Source: a bacterium (lineage in GTDB: Bacteria; UBA8248). From it: a DNA stretch of 64,000 nt. The position numbers and the translations under genes were made by a program. How positions within the stretch are numbered: the stretch's first letter is position 1; each line of letters starts with the position of its first letter. Below are positions 18,700 through 27,365 of the stretch, piece by piece. The stretch is from contig CBDBZU010000004.1 of the NCBI GenBank assembly GCA_965213625.1, positions 128,001 to 192,000 of the forward strand, given 5' to 3'. The notes under the pieces are model-generated. The model had not been told where the DNA came from. It saw only the letters and a list, made by a program, of their open reading frames with translations, and did not search any database.

Positions 18700-19718
18700 A
18701 GGCGAACATCGCGGAGCAGACACGAGCACACGAGCACCTGAAAACCTTGGCGCGCGCGCATTTCGGCGTCGGCGTTTCTTCTATAACCCCGCTTACCGGC
18801 GACGCATCGACACGCGACTACGCCCGGCTCATCCACGCAGGCGGCACTTACCCAAGTTCTATCGGGATGATCATGCCGGAGCCTTTTCGCAAGGAGACGC
18901 TCCCCTTCATCGACGTGCAGGCGCATTTGGGGGAGATCGGCGTGAAAGTACCTGAAATTTACGCGGTGAATGAGGAGGCGGGCGTCATACTGCTGGAGGA
19001 CTGCGGCGATGAATCGCTCGAAGACGCATGGCGGGGCGGCGGATGGGAGCGGGCGGAACCGCTCTACTCAACCGCCATGGATATAATGGCCGCCATGCAG
19101 GAAGCTCCGGGCGCGCCCGCAGTCGGGAGAATCGCGCTCACGCGGCGCTTCGACGCTGAATTCTTCACGAACGAACTTCACCACACCCGTAAATACGCCT
19201 TCGAAAGCCTCCTGGGGATGGAAACGGATGAGCGCACCCTGGATGCGGCGTTCCGCTCGTTGTGCGAAGAGATCTGCCGGATTCCGTTTCGCCTCACGCA
19301 CCGCGACTACCACAGCAGGAACCTGATGGTGCGGGACGATGCGGTTTTCGCCATCGATTTTCAGGACGCGCGCATGGGGCCCGCCACCTACGATTTAGCG
19401 TCTCTCGTCTTCGACAGCTACGTCGATCTCGGAACCGAGGCGCGGGATTACCTCACCGTCCGCTACTGGGAGACTTGCGGCCACCGCCTCTTCTCGGCTA
19501 AAGAAGAATACGAACGCGCCCTGCGGGCTACCGCCATACAGAGAAACTTGAAGGCCATCGGCACTTTCGCCTATCAAAAGGCGGTGCGCGGAGCGGAACG
19601 CTATCTGGAGAGCATTCCGCATACCGCCAGGATGGTGGAGAAACATTTCGAGAAGAGGAAGGACTTGGGACCTCTCCACACATTGCTCGAACCTTTCCTC
19701 GACGCGCTTCTCAAATAA
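18696..19718 (+). CDS. Aminoglycoside phosphotransferase family kinase, AmgK-like
   Basis: GDASTRDYAR, HRDYHSRNLM, IDFQDA.MGP..YDLAS, QRNLKAIGTF; ATGA overlap with the upstream gene. Confidence 0.82.
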   Translation: MKANIAEQTRAHEHLKTLARAHFGVGVSSITPLTGDASTRDYARLIHAGGTYPSSIGMIMPEPFRKETLPFIDVQAHLGEIGVKVPEIYAVNEEAGVILLEDCGDESLEDAWRGGGWERAEPLYSTAMDIMAAMQEAPGAPAVGRIALTRRFDAEFFTNELHHTRKYAFESLLGMETDERTLDAAFRSLCEEICRIPFRLTHRDYHSRNLMVRDDAVFAIDFQDARMGPATYDLASLVFDSYVDLGTEARDYLTVRYWETCGHRLFSAKEEYERALRATAIQRNLKAIGTFAYQKAVRGAERYLESIPHTARMVEKHFEKRKDLGPLHTLLEPFLDALLK

Positions 19719-19733
19719 AGGAGTCATTCTCAG

Positions 19734-20327
19734 TTGGATTTCCTGAAATCGACATTTCTCACGTCGGTGGAGCTTTGTCTCTATGATTTTCCGCACCCCA
19801 CCGAAATACCGCCGAGCGAGGCGAGAATCGAGGTGGAGCACATCATCCTCGACGAGGCGTCTGAGAATCGCCACCTGATAACCGAGGTTCAGGGCGAGAG
19901 CCTGACGGGGAGGCGCTTCGAGCGGGGCGAGAAGTGCTTCGTCGCGCTCGAAGACGGCAAGGCGGTGAGCTACATCTGGGGCGCGCGCGGCGTGGTGGGC
20001 GTCGAGGAAATCGACAAGGGCGTGAAGCCCGAGGCCAAGGAGATATACCTCTACGATGCTTTCACCCTGGAGCCCTGGCGGGGAAAAAACCTCTACCCCG
20101 CCGTGCTCAGGCGCGCGCTGGAATACGGCGAGAAGCTGGGCCTCACGCGCTCGCTCATTTTCGTGGAGGCGAAGAACACGCCATCGAGGCGCGGGGTGGA
20201 CAAGGCGGGCTTCATCCAGTTTCAGACGCTCTACCACAACCGGTTTTTCGTCTTCACCCGCTCGAACCTCTCGGACCCCCTGGAGGGGCACCCGTCGGCC
20301 ACGTTCGTCGGTCTGGAGTTCGCGTAG
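19734..20327 (+). CDS. GNAT family acetyltransferase
   Basis: YLYDAFTLEPWRGKNL (motif A), N.PS..G..KAGF. Confidence 0.75.
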   Translation: MDFLKSTFLTSVELCLYDFPHPTEIPPSEARIEVEHIILDEASENRHLITEVQGESLTGRRFERGEKCFVALEDGKAVSYIWGARGVVGVEEIDKGVKPEAKEIYLYDAFTLEPWRGKNLYPAVLRRALEYGEKLGLTRSLIFVEAKNTPSRRGVDKAGFIQFQTLYHNRFFVFTRSNLSDPLEGHPSATFVGLEFA

Positions 20328-20376
20328 CGGACAAAATCAACGCGCCCACAGGCGCGATGGATGCGAAGGAATCCCG

Positions 20377-21396
20377 ATGTCGCAAAGTTCATGCTCCTCA
20401 TTGCAGTTAGAAAAATACACGTCGCCCGAGGCGTTCACGGAGTTAGAAGCCGAGTGGCGCGCGCTCATGGCGCGCTCCGCCCACGCGCACCCGTTCTACG
20501 ACCCCGCGTGGCACGCCGCGTGGTGGCGGAACTTCGGCGCGGGCGAGCTGCGCGTCTACGCCCTGCGGGATGAGAACGGCGCGCTCGCCGGCGTGGCGCC
20601 CTTCGTCCTGAGCGAGGGCGGACGCCTGCGCTTAACAGGAGGGGACGACCTCTCGGATTACCTCGACATCATCGCCGCAGACGGTGCGCACCTCGCCTGC
20701 TGGCGGGCGGTTCTCGCAGCCCTGGGTGAGCCGGACGCGCCCGATTGGCGCGAACTCTCCCTGCGCGGGATTCCCGAGACCTCCCCTACCATCGCGGCTA
20801 TCGAGGAGTTGACGGGCGGGGCGGCCTCGATATCCGAAGAAGAAGTCTGCCCCGTCATCGCGCTTCCCGATTCATGGGATGAATACACCGGGATGCTCGC
20901 CCCCCGGGACGAGCGCGACCTGAGGCGGAAGATACGAAAAGCCAACATGGAGGCGGGACTGGAATACGAGAGAACCGAATCGGCGGACGCGCTGGCCGCC
21001 GATCTGGAAGACTTCATCACCCTCCACGCACTGAGCCAGCAGGAAAAGGCGGATTTCTGGAACGCCGACAGAAGGGCCTTTTTCGGTGACGTGACACAGG
21101 CGATGCTCGCGCTTGGCTGTCTGGACTTGAGCGTCATGCGTGTGGACGGCCATCCCGTCGCCGCCAATCTCTCGTTCGATTACGGCGACCGGATATATCT
21201 GTACAACTCGGGCTTCGACCCTGTGGAGCACGAACTGAGCGCGGGCCTGGTGCTGCTCGCCCACAACGTGGAAGAGGCGATTCAGGCGGGGCGCGCGTCG
21301 TTCGACATGTTGCGGGGCGATGAGGCCTACAAATACCGCTACGGCGCGCAGGATGAGCGCGTGATGCGCGCTTTGATCGAGAGGAGCGGACTATGA
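20377..21396 (+). CDS. GNAT family protein (CelD/BcsL, Acetyltransf_6-like)
   Basis: LEAEWRAL..PF...WH..WW, SDYLD, YNSGFD, SAG..L, FDMLRGDEAYK. Confidence 0.82.
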   Translation: MSQSSCSSLQLEKYTSPEAFTELEAEWRALMARSAHAHPFYDPAWHAAWWRNFGAGELRVYALRDENGALAGVAPFVLSEGGRLRLTGGDDLSDYLDIIAADGAHLACWRAVLAALGEPDAPDWRELSLRGIPETSPTIAAIEELTGGAASISEEEVCPVIALPDSWDEYTGMLAPRDERDLRRKIRKANMEAGLEYERTESADALAADLEDFITLHALSQQEKADFWNADRRAFFGDVTQAMLALGCLDLSVMRVDGHPVAANLSFDYGDRIYLYNSGFDPVEHELSAGLVLLAHNVEEAIQAGRASFDMLRGDEAYKYRYGAQDERVMRALIERSGL

Positions 21397-22697
21397 CCCC
21401 TGAGTCGACCCGTCTCGCCATCCTCTCGATGCACACCGACCCGCTCGCTCCCCTGGGAGGGGACCTGACGGGCGGGATGAACGTATACGCCCGCGAGATC
21501 GCAAAGGCGTTCGCAAGCCTCGGCGTACAGGCGGACGTCTTCACCCGCCTGGAATCGGACTCGTCCGCCAGAGAAGTTCCCATCGCCGACGGCGCGCGCC
21601 TCATACGGGTCGAAGCGGGACCAAAGGATAGGCTCGACAAGGACGCGCAAGTCGAATGGACCGACGACTTCGCCGAGGGGATTCTCGCCTTCGCGGAAGA
21701 AGACGGGGCGCGTTACGATGGCGTTTCCGCGCATTACTGGCTTTCGGGCCTTTCCGGCGAGATATTGGCCGAAACGTGGGGCGTTCCCCTCGCAGTTCGC
21801 TTCCACACCCTGGCCGCGCTTAAAAACGACGCGCTGCCCGCAGACACCAGGCGCGAGTCGGATATACGACTGGCGAGCGAACCCCGGCTCGCACAGTCGG
21901 CGGATTCAGCTTTCGCATCATCGCCCGACGAGGCGCGTGCGATTGGGGAGATATCGGGCGGGGCGGAAGTCCACGTCGTCCCCTGCGGGGTGGACCTCGA
22001 AACCTTCTTTCCCCATCCCAAGACAGAGGCGCGCGCGCGTCTTGGCTTCGAGCCTTATGACACATACGTCCTGAGCGTGGGCCGCATCGAGCGCGTGAAG
22101 GGACTGGATCGCCTGATCGAGGCCTTCGCCGTCATGCGCCGGGAACGACCGGGGCTGGATGCGCGTCTTCTGCACGTAGGCGGCGAGATAAGAAAAGGCG
22201 CGGTGAGAATCGGCGGAAGTTACCACGCAGGGGATTTCGCCTCGCAAACACAGGGAGCGGAAGTCGCTCGCCTGGAGAAACTCGCGCGCAGGCTCGGCGT
22301 TGCGGACGCCGTCATCTTCACGGGCGCAAAGCCGCAAGAGGCGCTCCCGCTTTACTATTCCGCAGCCGACGTCTTCGCGCTGCCGTCGCGCTACGAGAGC
22401 TTCGGCATGACGGCCGTCGAGGCGGCCGCGTGCGGACTGCCCACACTCGCCTTCGACGTGGGCGGCATCTCCCAAGCTGTGAGCGAGGGCGTGAGCGGCC
22501 ACCTCATCGCGGACGGCGACACGAACGCCTACGCGCGGAAAATGACGGAAATGCTCGAAAACCCCCCTGAGCGACCCAGCCGGGCGGCTACCAGGTGGGC
22601 GGAATCGTTCGCCTGGACGCGGATCGCGGAGGCGGAGTTCGACGTATGGGCGCGCCTGCGTCACGAGGCCGCGCTCTCATCACCCCACGCATCATAG
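21393..22697 (+). CDS. GT4 glycosyltransferase, MshA-like
   Basis: HTDPLA..GG..GGMNVY, HYWLSG, FHTL, GRIERVKG, PSRYESFGM..EAAACG. Confidence 0.85.
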   Translation: MTPESTRLAILSMHTDPLAPLGGDLTGGMNVYAREIAKAFASLGVQADVFTRLESDSSAREVPIADGARLIRVEAGPKDRLDKDAQVEWTDDFAEGILAFAEEDGARYDGVSAHYWLSGLSGEILAETWGVPLAVRFHTLAALKNDALPADTRRESDIRLASEPRLAQSADSAFASSPDEARAIGEISGGAEVHVVPCGVDLETFFPHPKTEARARLGFEPYDTYVLSVGRIERVKGLDRLIEAFAVMRRERPGLDARLLHVGGEIRKGAVRIGGSYHAGDFASQTQGAEVARLEKLARRLGVADAVIFTGAKPQEALPLYYSAADVFALPSRYESFGMTAVEAAACGLPTLAFDVGGISQAVSEGVSGHLIADGDTNAYARKMTEMLENPPERPSRAATRWAESFAWTRIAEAEFDVWARLRHEAALSSPHAS

Positions 22698-22715
22698 ACA
22701 AGGAAGGAAACGCTA

Positions 22716-23408
22716 GTGAGTCACACGGAATTCAGGAACATTCTCGTCATCGTCGCCCACCCTGACGATGCGGAACTATCCTCGGGAGGCAGCATCGCCC
22801 GCTGGACGCAGGAGGGCGCCACCGTGCGGACGGTCGTCTGCACGAACGGGGACAAGGGCACGAAGGACGACATCAGCCCCTTCGACCTGGCCAAGATACG
22901 CGAGGCGGAACAACTCGAAGCCTCCCGCATTCTGGGCGTTGCGGAGACGATCTTCCTGCGCCACCGCGACGGGGAGCTCGAGGACACGCGCGCGTTCAGG
23001 AACCAGATCGCCTTCCTGATCCGCCACTTCAAGCCCGACACCATCCTGACCCACGACCCCTGGCGCACCTACTACCAGCACCCCGACCACCAGGCCATCG
23101 GACACGCCACGTTCAAGGCGGTGGTCTACGCGCGGGATCACCATTTCCTGCCCGAACTCACCTACGCAGGCATCGAGGCGCACCACACGAACAACCTCCT
23201 CTTTATCAATACGCGCGTACCCAACTTCTTCGTGGACATTACGGAGACCTTCGATACGAAAGTCCGCGCGGTGTGCGCGCACAAGTGCCAGATCAAGAAT
23301 CCGAAAGCATTCGAGAAACGTACGCGCCAGCGCCTCGAAGACGCAGGATCCGCGGCGGGCCTCCCGATGGCGGAGCCTTTCGTCATCACTAGGATGCGCG
23401 AGGGCTAG
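22716..23408 (+). CDS. PIG-L/LmbE family deacetylase
   Basis: AHPDDAE, TNGDKG, R..E...A, HPDH, VDIT..KV.A..AH.CQ. Confidence 0.9.
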   Translation: MSHTEFRNILVIVAHPDDAELSSGGSIARWTQEGATVRTVVCTNGDKGTKDDISPFDLAKIREAEQLEASRILGVAETIFLRHRDGELEDTRAFRNQIAFLIRHFKPDTILTHDPWRTYYQHPDHQAIGHATFKAVVYARDHHFLPELTYAGIEAHHTNNLLFINTRVPNFFVDITETFDTKVRAVCAHKCQIKNPKAFEKRTRQRLEDAGSAAGLPMAEPFVITRMREG

Positions 23409-23417
23409 GGCGCGCGC

Positions 23418-24515
23418 ATGAACGAAGAGGCGCCCGAGGTCAGAGCCGGGCAGCACGTCATGGCCGGTTTCGAGGGGTCAGCGGCCCCGGCTTCCCTCCT
23501 GGCTCGCATAAGAGCGGGCCGCATCGGCGGCGTCATCCTCTTCAAGAGAAACATCGAGTCCGCCGGGCAAACCGCCGCGCTCATCGCCTCCTTGCAATCT
23601 GCAGCCCTCACCTCACCGCTCGAAGCGCCCCTGCTCGTGGGAATCGATCAAGAGGGCGGACGCGTGAGCAGGCTCTCTGGTGACTTCACCACCTTCCCGG
23701 CGGCACGGAGTTTCGGGGACACAGGCGCCCCCGCCCTCGTAAGGGAAGCGGCAAGGGTCACCGGGGCCGAGCTGGAGGCGGTCGGCGTGAACGTAAACTT
23801 CTCGCCCACCGTGGACATCTTGACGAACGCAGATTCCGCCGTCATCGGCGACCGCGCATTCGGGACTACTCCAGAGGTCGTCGGCCTGATGGGTGCGGCC
23901 ACAGCCACCAGTCTCCAGGAGGAAGGCGTCGCAGCCTGCGCCAAGCATTTCCCCGGCATCGGGGACATGGCGCCCGACCCACACGACGTGCTGCCGACTT
24001 CCGGCCTCACGCTCGATGATTTGAGGGCTCGCGAACTGCTGCCATTCCAGCACCTCATCCGCCGCGCACCGCCCGCCTGCGTCATGGTGGCCCACGCGGA
24101 CTTTCAAGAGATAGACGCTGCCGCGCCCGCGAGCTTATCCCCCCTTTTCTTTCAAGAGGTTCTGCGCGAGGAACTCGGTTTCCGGGGCGTCGCGATCACC
24201 GACGACCTCGACATGGGCGCGATAGACGACCCCGCAGAGGCCGCGCTTCGAAGCATCGTCGCCGGGGCCGACATCGCCCTCATCTGTCATTCGGAAGATG
24301 CGCAGGAGAGCGCCTGCGACGCCATCGCGCGAGCCATCCGGGAGAATTCCATGCTCCCCGAGCAGGAGGCGGCCTCATCGGACCGGATACGCAGGCTCAA
24401 GGAGAGCTATTGCCGCCCGAACTGGCGCGCGGAGATGCTCGAAGTAATCGGGTGTGAGGAACATCAAAGAGCGAGAGAGAGGATTCTCGCGGCTTTGGAG
24501 AAAGCCAGGCGGTGA
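23418..24515 (+). CDS. nagZ: Beta-N-acetylhexosaminidase (GH3)
   Basis: GGVILFKRN, IDQEGGRVSR, KHFPGIG..DPH, TDDLDM nucleophile. Confidence 0.85.
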   Translation: MNEEAPEVRAGQHVMAGFEGSAAPASLLARIRAGRIGGVILFKRNIESAGQTAALIASLQSAALTSPLEAPLLVGIDQEGGRVSRLSGDFTTFPAARSFGDTGAPALVREAARVTGAELEAVGVNVNFSPTVDILTNADSAVIGDRAFGTTPEVVGLMGAATATSLQEEGVAACAKHFPGIGDMAPDPHDVLPTSGLTLDDLRARELLPFQHLIRRAPPACVMVAHADFQEIDAAAPASLSPLFFQEVLREELGFRGVAITDDLDMGAIDDPAEAALRSIVAGADIALICHSEDAQESACDAIARAIRENSMLPEQEAASSDRIRRLKESYCRPNWRAEMLEVIGCEEHQRARERILAALEKARR

Positions 24516-24764
24516 GGGGGTTGTTGAAAAAGTCCTCCTCAAAGGGAAACTGCCTGTAGAGCATTCGTCGCCCTTGCCCGTAATACCATCTTCATCCCGA
24601 GTAGGCGCGCTTGCGCGCCGTATCGAGGGGCGCCCTTCGATACGCCGCCTTCGGCGGCTACTCAGGGTGAGGTCAATACGGCGGCATGTAAGACGATGGC
24701 TTGACCCGACCGAAAAGGGAGGGTCAAATGCCCCCGCTCCCAATACCGGCTTTTTAACACCCCC
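24516..24764. mobile_element. MITE (GGGGGTTGTTGAAAA TIRs) containing a TCATCC-GAG...CTCAGG-TGA palindromic element
   Basis: TIRs at 24516 and 24751-24764; inner 24592-24670 TCATCCCGAGTAG..GTATCGAGGGG..CCCTTCGATACG..CTACTCAGGGTGA. Confidence 0.68.
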
Positions 24765-24772
24765 TCTGCCCA

Positions 24773-25828
24773 TCACACGTTGAAGCGTACGTGAAAGATG
24801 TCGCCGTCTTTTACGACGTATTCCTTGCCTTCCAGCCTCAAGGTTCCCCTGTCCCGCGCGGCTGACAACGAGCCCGCCGCCATGAAGTCGGGATACGAGA
24901 TGACCTCCGCGCGAATGAAGCCGCGCTCGAGATCGGAGTGAATCGTCCCCGCCGCATGGAGCGCGACCGTGCCCGCTCGAATCGGCCAGGAGCGAACCTC
25001 ATCCTCCCCCACGGTGAAGAAACACCTGAGATTGAGCAAGGAGAACGACGCATGAACCACCTTGTCGAGCGCTGAGGATTCGAGGTCGTAATCCGCCAAA
25101 AATTCCGCCTGCTCCTCACCGGGCAACTGCGCGAGTTCCTCCTCAAGACGCGCGGCCAAGGCGACGGGCGTCTCGCCTTTCAGCTTGGCGAAAGCGTCCG
25201 CCTCTCCCAGTTGCTCCTCGCCCACGTTCACCACCACGAGGAGCGGCTTGGCGGAGAGAAATCCAAACCCTTTGATAATACGCGTTTCATCTTCACCCAG
25301 ATCGAGCGCGCGTACCGGGCGGCTGTCTTCGAGCACCTCGCGGATGCGGCCCAGCAGGGCGAACTCGGCAGCCTCGGCCGCGTCTTTCTTGACGCGCACC
25401 AGCTTCTCCAGCCGCTCCATGCGGCGCTCGACGACCGAGAGGTCACGCAACATCAGGTCGAAGCGCACGTCCGCCAGATCGCGCGCGGGGTCGATGCTCT
25501 CCCTGGGATGCGGAACGCCCGCGTCCTCGAAGGCGCGCACGACCACCAGCAGCGCGTCCGCACCCTCCAGCGCCTGCGGGATGGCCTCGGCGTTCTTGGC
25601 AGCGCCCCCGTCTCCCACGCCGGCATCCACGAAATTGACGCCCGCGTATGTCGTTTTCTTGGGGCTGAAAACCCCGCTCAGGGCGTCCACCCGCGCGTCC
25701 GCCACCGCCGCCGCGCCGATGTTCACGCGCGCGGCGCCGTAGCCCCCCGTGGAGGCCGCGCCGCCCGTGAGCGCGTTGAACAGCGTCGTCTTGCCGCTGG
25801 CTGCGGGACCGATGATGCCTATCTTCAA
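24773..25828 (-). CDS. ychF: YchF/Ola1 family ATPase (divergent P-loop)
   Basis: GKTTLFNALT, FLSAKP..NVGE, FFTVGEDEVRSW, AAGTIHSDLERGFIRAEV, EGKEYVVKDGD..RFNV; TTG start after AGGAG. Confidence 0.88.
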   Translation of the reverse strand: MKIGIIGPAASGKTTLFNALTGGAASTGGYGAARVNIGAAAVADARVDALSGVFSPKKTTYAGVNFVDAGVGDGGAAKNAEAIPQALEGADALLVVVRAFEDAGVPHPRESIDPARDLADVRFDLMLRDLSVVERRMERLEKLVRVKKDAAEAAEFALLGRIREVLEDSRPVRALDLGEDETRIIKGFGFLSAKPLLVVVNVGEEQLGEADAFAKLKGETPVALAARLEEELAQLPGEEQAEFLADYDLESSALDKVVHASFSLLNLRCFFTVGEDEVRSWPIRAGTVALHAAGTIHSDLERGFIRAEVISYPDFMAAGSLSAARDRGTLRLEGKEYVVKDGDIFHVRFNV

Positions 25829-25921
25829 ATTCAAGCTCCTGATTGAACCATGAACGAACAAACGCGCGGGAGTGTATGGGAACGGGGGCAAGAGGTCAAA
25901 AGGGTCAGCCCCGATGGGAAT

Positions 25922-26507
25922 GTAGGAGCGGACCCGCGCGTCCCTCCGCGTAACAGGGTTTTTGCCACCTGAACTTTCCGCAGCACCATTAATACAGCCC
26001 CTTCCGGTGTGAGCCGGAAGGGGTTTTGTTGTTGTGTCAAACTCGACTGAGGATGGGTTGTTGAAAAATCCGGCCCTAGGAGCGGGCGATATGTAATCTC
26101 ACGCGGCGGTGAAGGGGAAGCCAGCTCGGAGCGAGCAAGTGTGATTGGTGTGTAGGTCAGACATATATGCGACCCCTTCAACTTCACATCCGTCGAACCG
26201 ATTCACGAAATCAGGGTTTTTCAACAACCCCGAATAAGGGAGGGTACTGATAGATAATAGAGGGGGCGAGACTCACTCCTCCTTGAGGGGTTTGACGATG
26301 AATATGGTCAGGATTCAACGAGCGCGATCCTCGCGCAGCATGACTACGCTGTCGGTCTGCCGCATATCGAGCGTCCGGGAGAGGAGTTACCGTGTGCGCT
26401 CTCAAAACCTCCTTCTTCGGTCGGTTTTGACCCTGACAAGGGGGGGTAGGGGGGGTTGCTTTTACTCACTCAAGAACTTTTTCAACAGCCCCCTCAAGGG
26501 GGGAGTG
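25922..26507. mobile_element. Cluster of REP and MITE copies
   Basis: GTAG hairpin at 25922; TIR element 26055-26231; CACTCCTCCTTGAGGGG...CCCCTCAAGGGGGGAGTG element 26274-26507 containing another TTTTCAACAGCCCC end and a CCCTGACAAGGGGGG hairpin. Confidence 0.65.
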
Positions 26508-26569
26508 GTTCCTGGTAAACTCATCTTGTCGCAAAAGAAAGGGTGATGGGGTGTGCTCTCTGATAAAGC

Positions 26570-27295
26570 TTATTGTTCGTCGAGTTTTTGAAGCTCCTGC
26601 TCCGCCAAGGAAATCAGGCTTTCATCACCGGCATTGCCAGCCAAGTCAAGTGCGGTCGTTAAGTCTTCTCGCGCTTCATCTGCAAAACCCAATTCAGCTT
26701 TCGCTATCCCCCGGCTGATGTAGCAGGTTTCGACACAGTGAATCATCCAAAGGTCTTTATTAGAGCGTTTTTTATTCCTATAGCTAGAAATAGCTCTATC
26801 AAAATCCTCAACAGCAGCCTCGTAATCACCCATCATGGCCTCTGCGAGACCACGATTTCGGTATGCTTCGCCTAAGTTTCGGTCTAGTCGGAGAACCTCG
26901 TCGAAAGCCCTGGTAGCAGCTTGAGGATGGGCCGACTCCAGGTAAACGCGACCCGCTGATATCATACGTTCAATTTCGAAACCCGGAGCTGTCCAACTGG
27001 CAAGGATAATTATGCCAATCGATGTAGTTAGAAGAATTACCCCTATGACGACCAGCAACAAGACAAGAATGCCTGCCAGAGAATTAAGCTCTTGCAACCA
27101 AACATTTACAGCCACCCCCACTACTATAGAAACAGAAACAATTATACTGATAAGCGTCGACTCTCTCGAAGTCAACATCTTCCATATCCACCACCAAATT
27201 TTTTGATGTTTTTCGTCTAAAGCCATTATCCTTGACTGGGCACTCTTCTGAAAAAAGTGCAAGATTTCGACAATCCTGAATTCATCATCAACCAT
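26570..27295 (-). CDS. Membrane-anchored tetratricopeptide repeat protein
   Basis: Two hydrophobic helices then TPR units (AYRNRG.A...GDYEAAVEDFDRAI; YISRGIAK..LG..EAREDL); AT-richer than its neighbours. Confidence 0.75.
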   Translation of the reverse strand: MVDDEFRIVEILHFFQKSAQSRIMALDEKHQKIWWWIWKMLTSRESTLISIIVSVSIVVGVAVNVWLQELNSLAGILVLLLVVIGVILLTTSIGIIILASWTAPGFEIERMISAGRVYLESAHPQAATRAFDEVLRLDRNLGEAYRNRGLAEAMMGDYEAAVEDFDRAISSYRNKKRSNKDLWMIHCVETCYISRGIAKAELGFADEAREDLTTALDLAGNAGDESLISLAEQELQKLDEQ

Positions 27296-27365
27296 CTAAC
27301 TCGTTGTCTCCATCAATCGACTTTCTGAAATGGACTTCACATGCGCGTCAATCTGAAAACACCCC

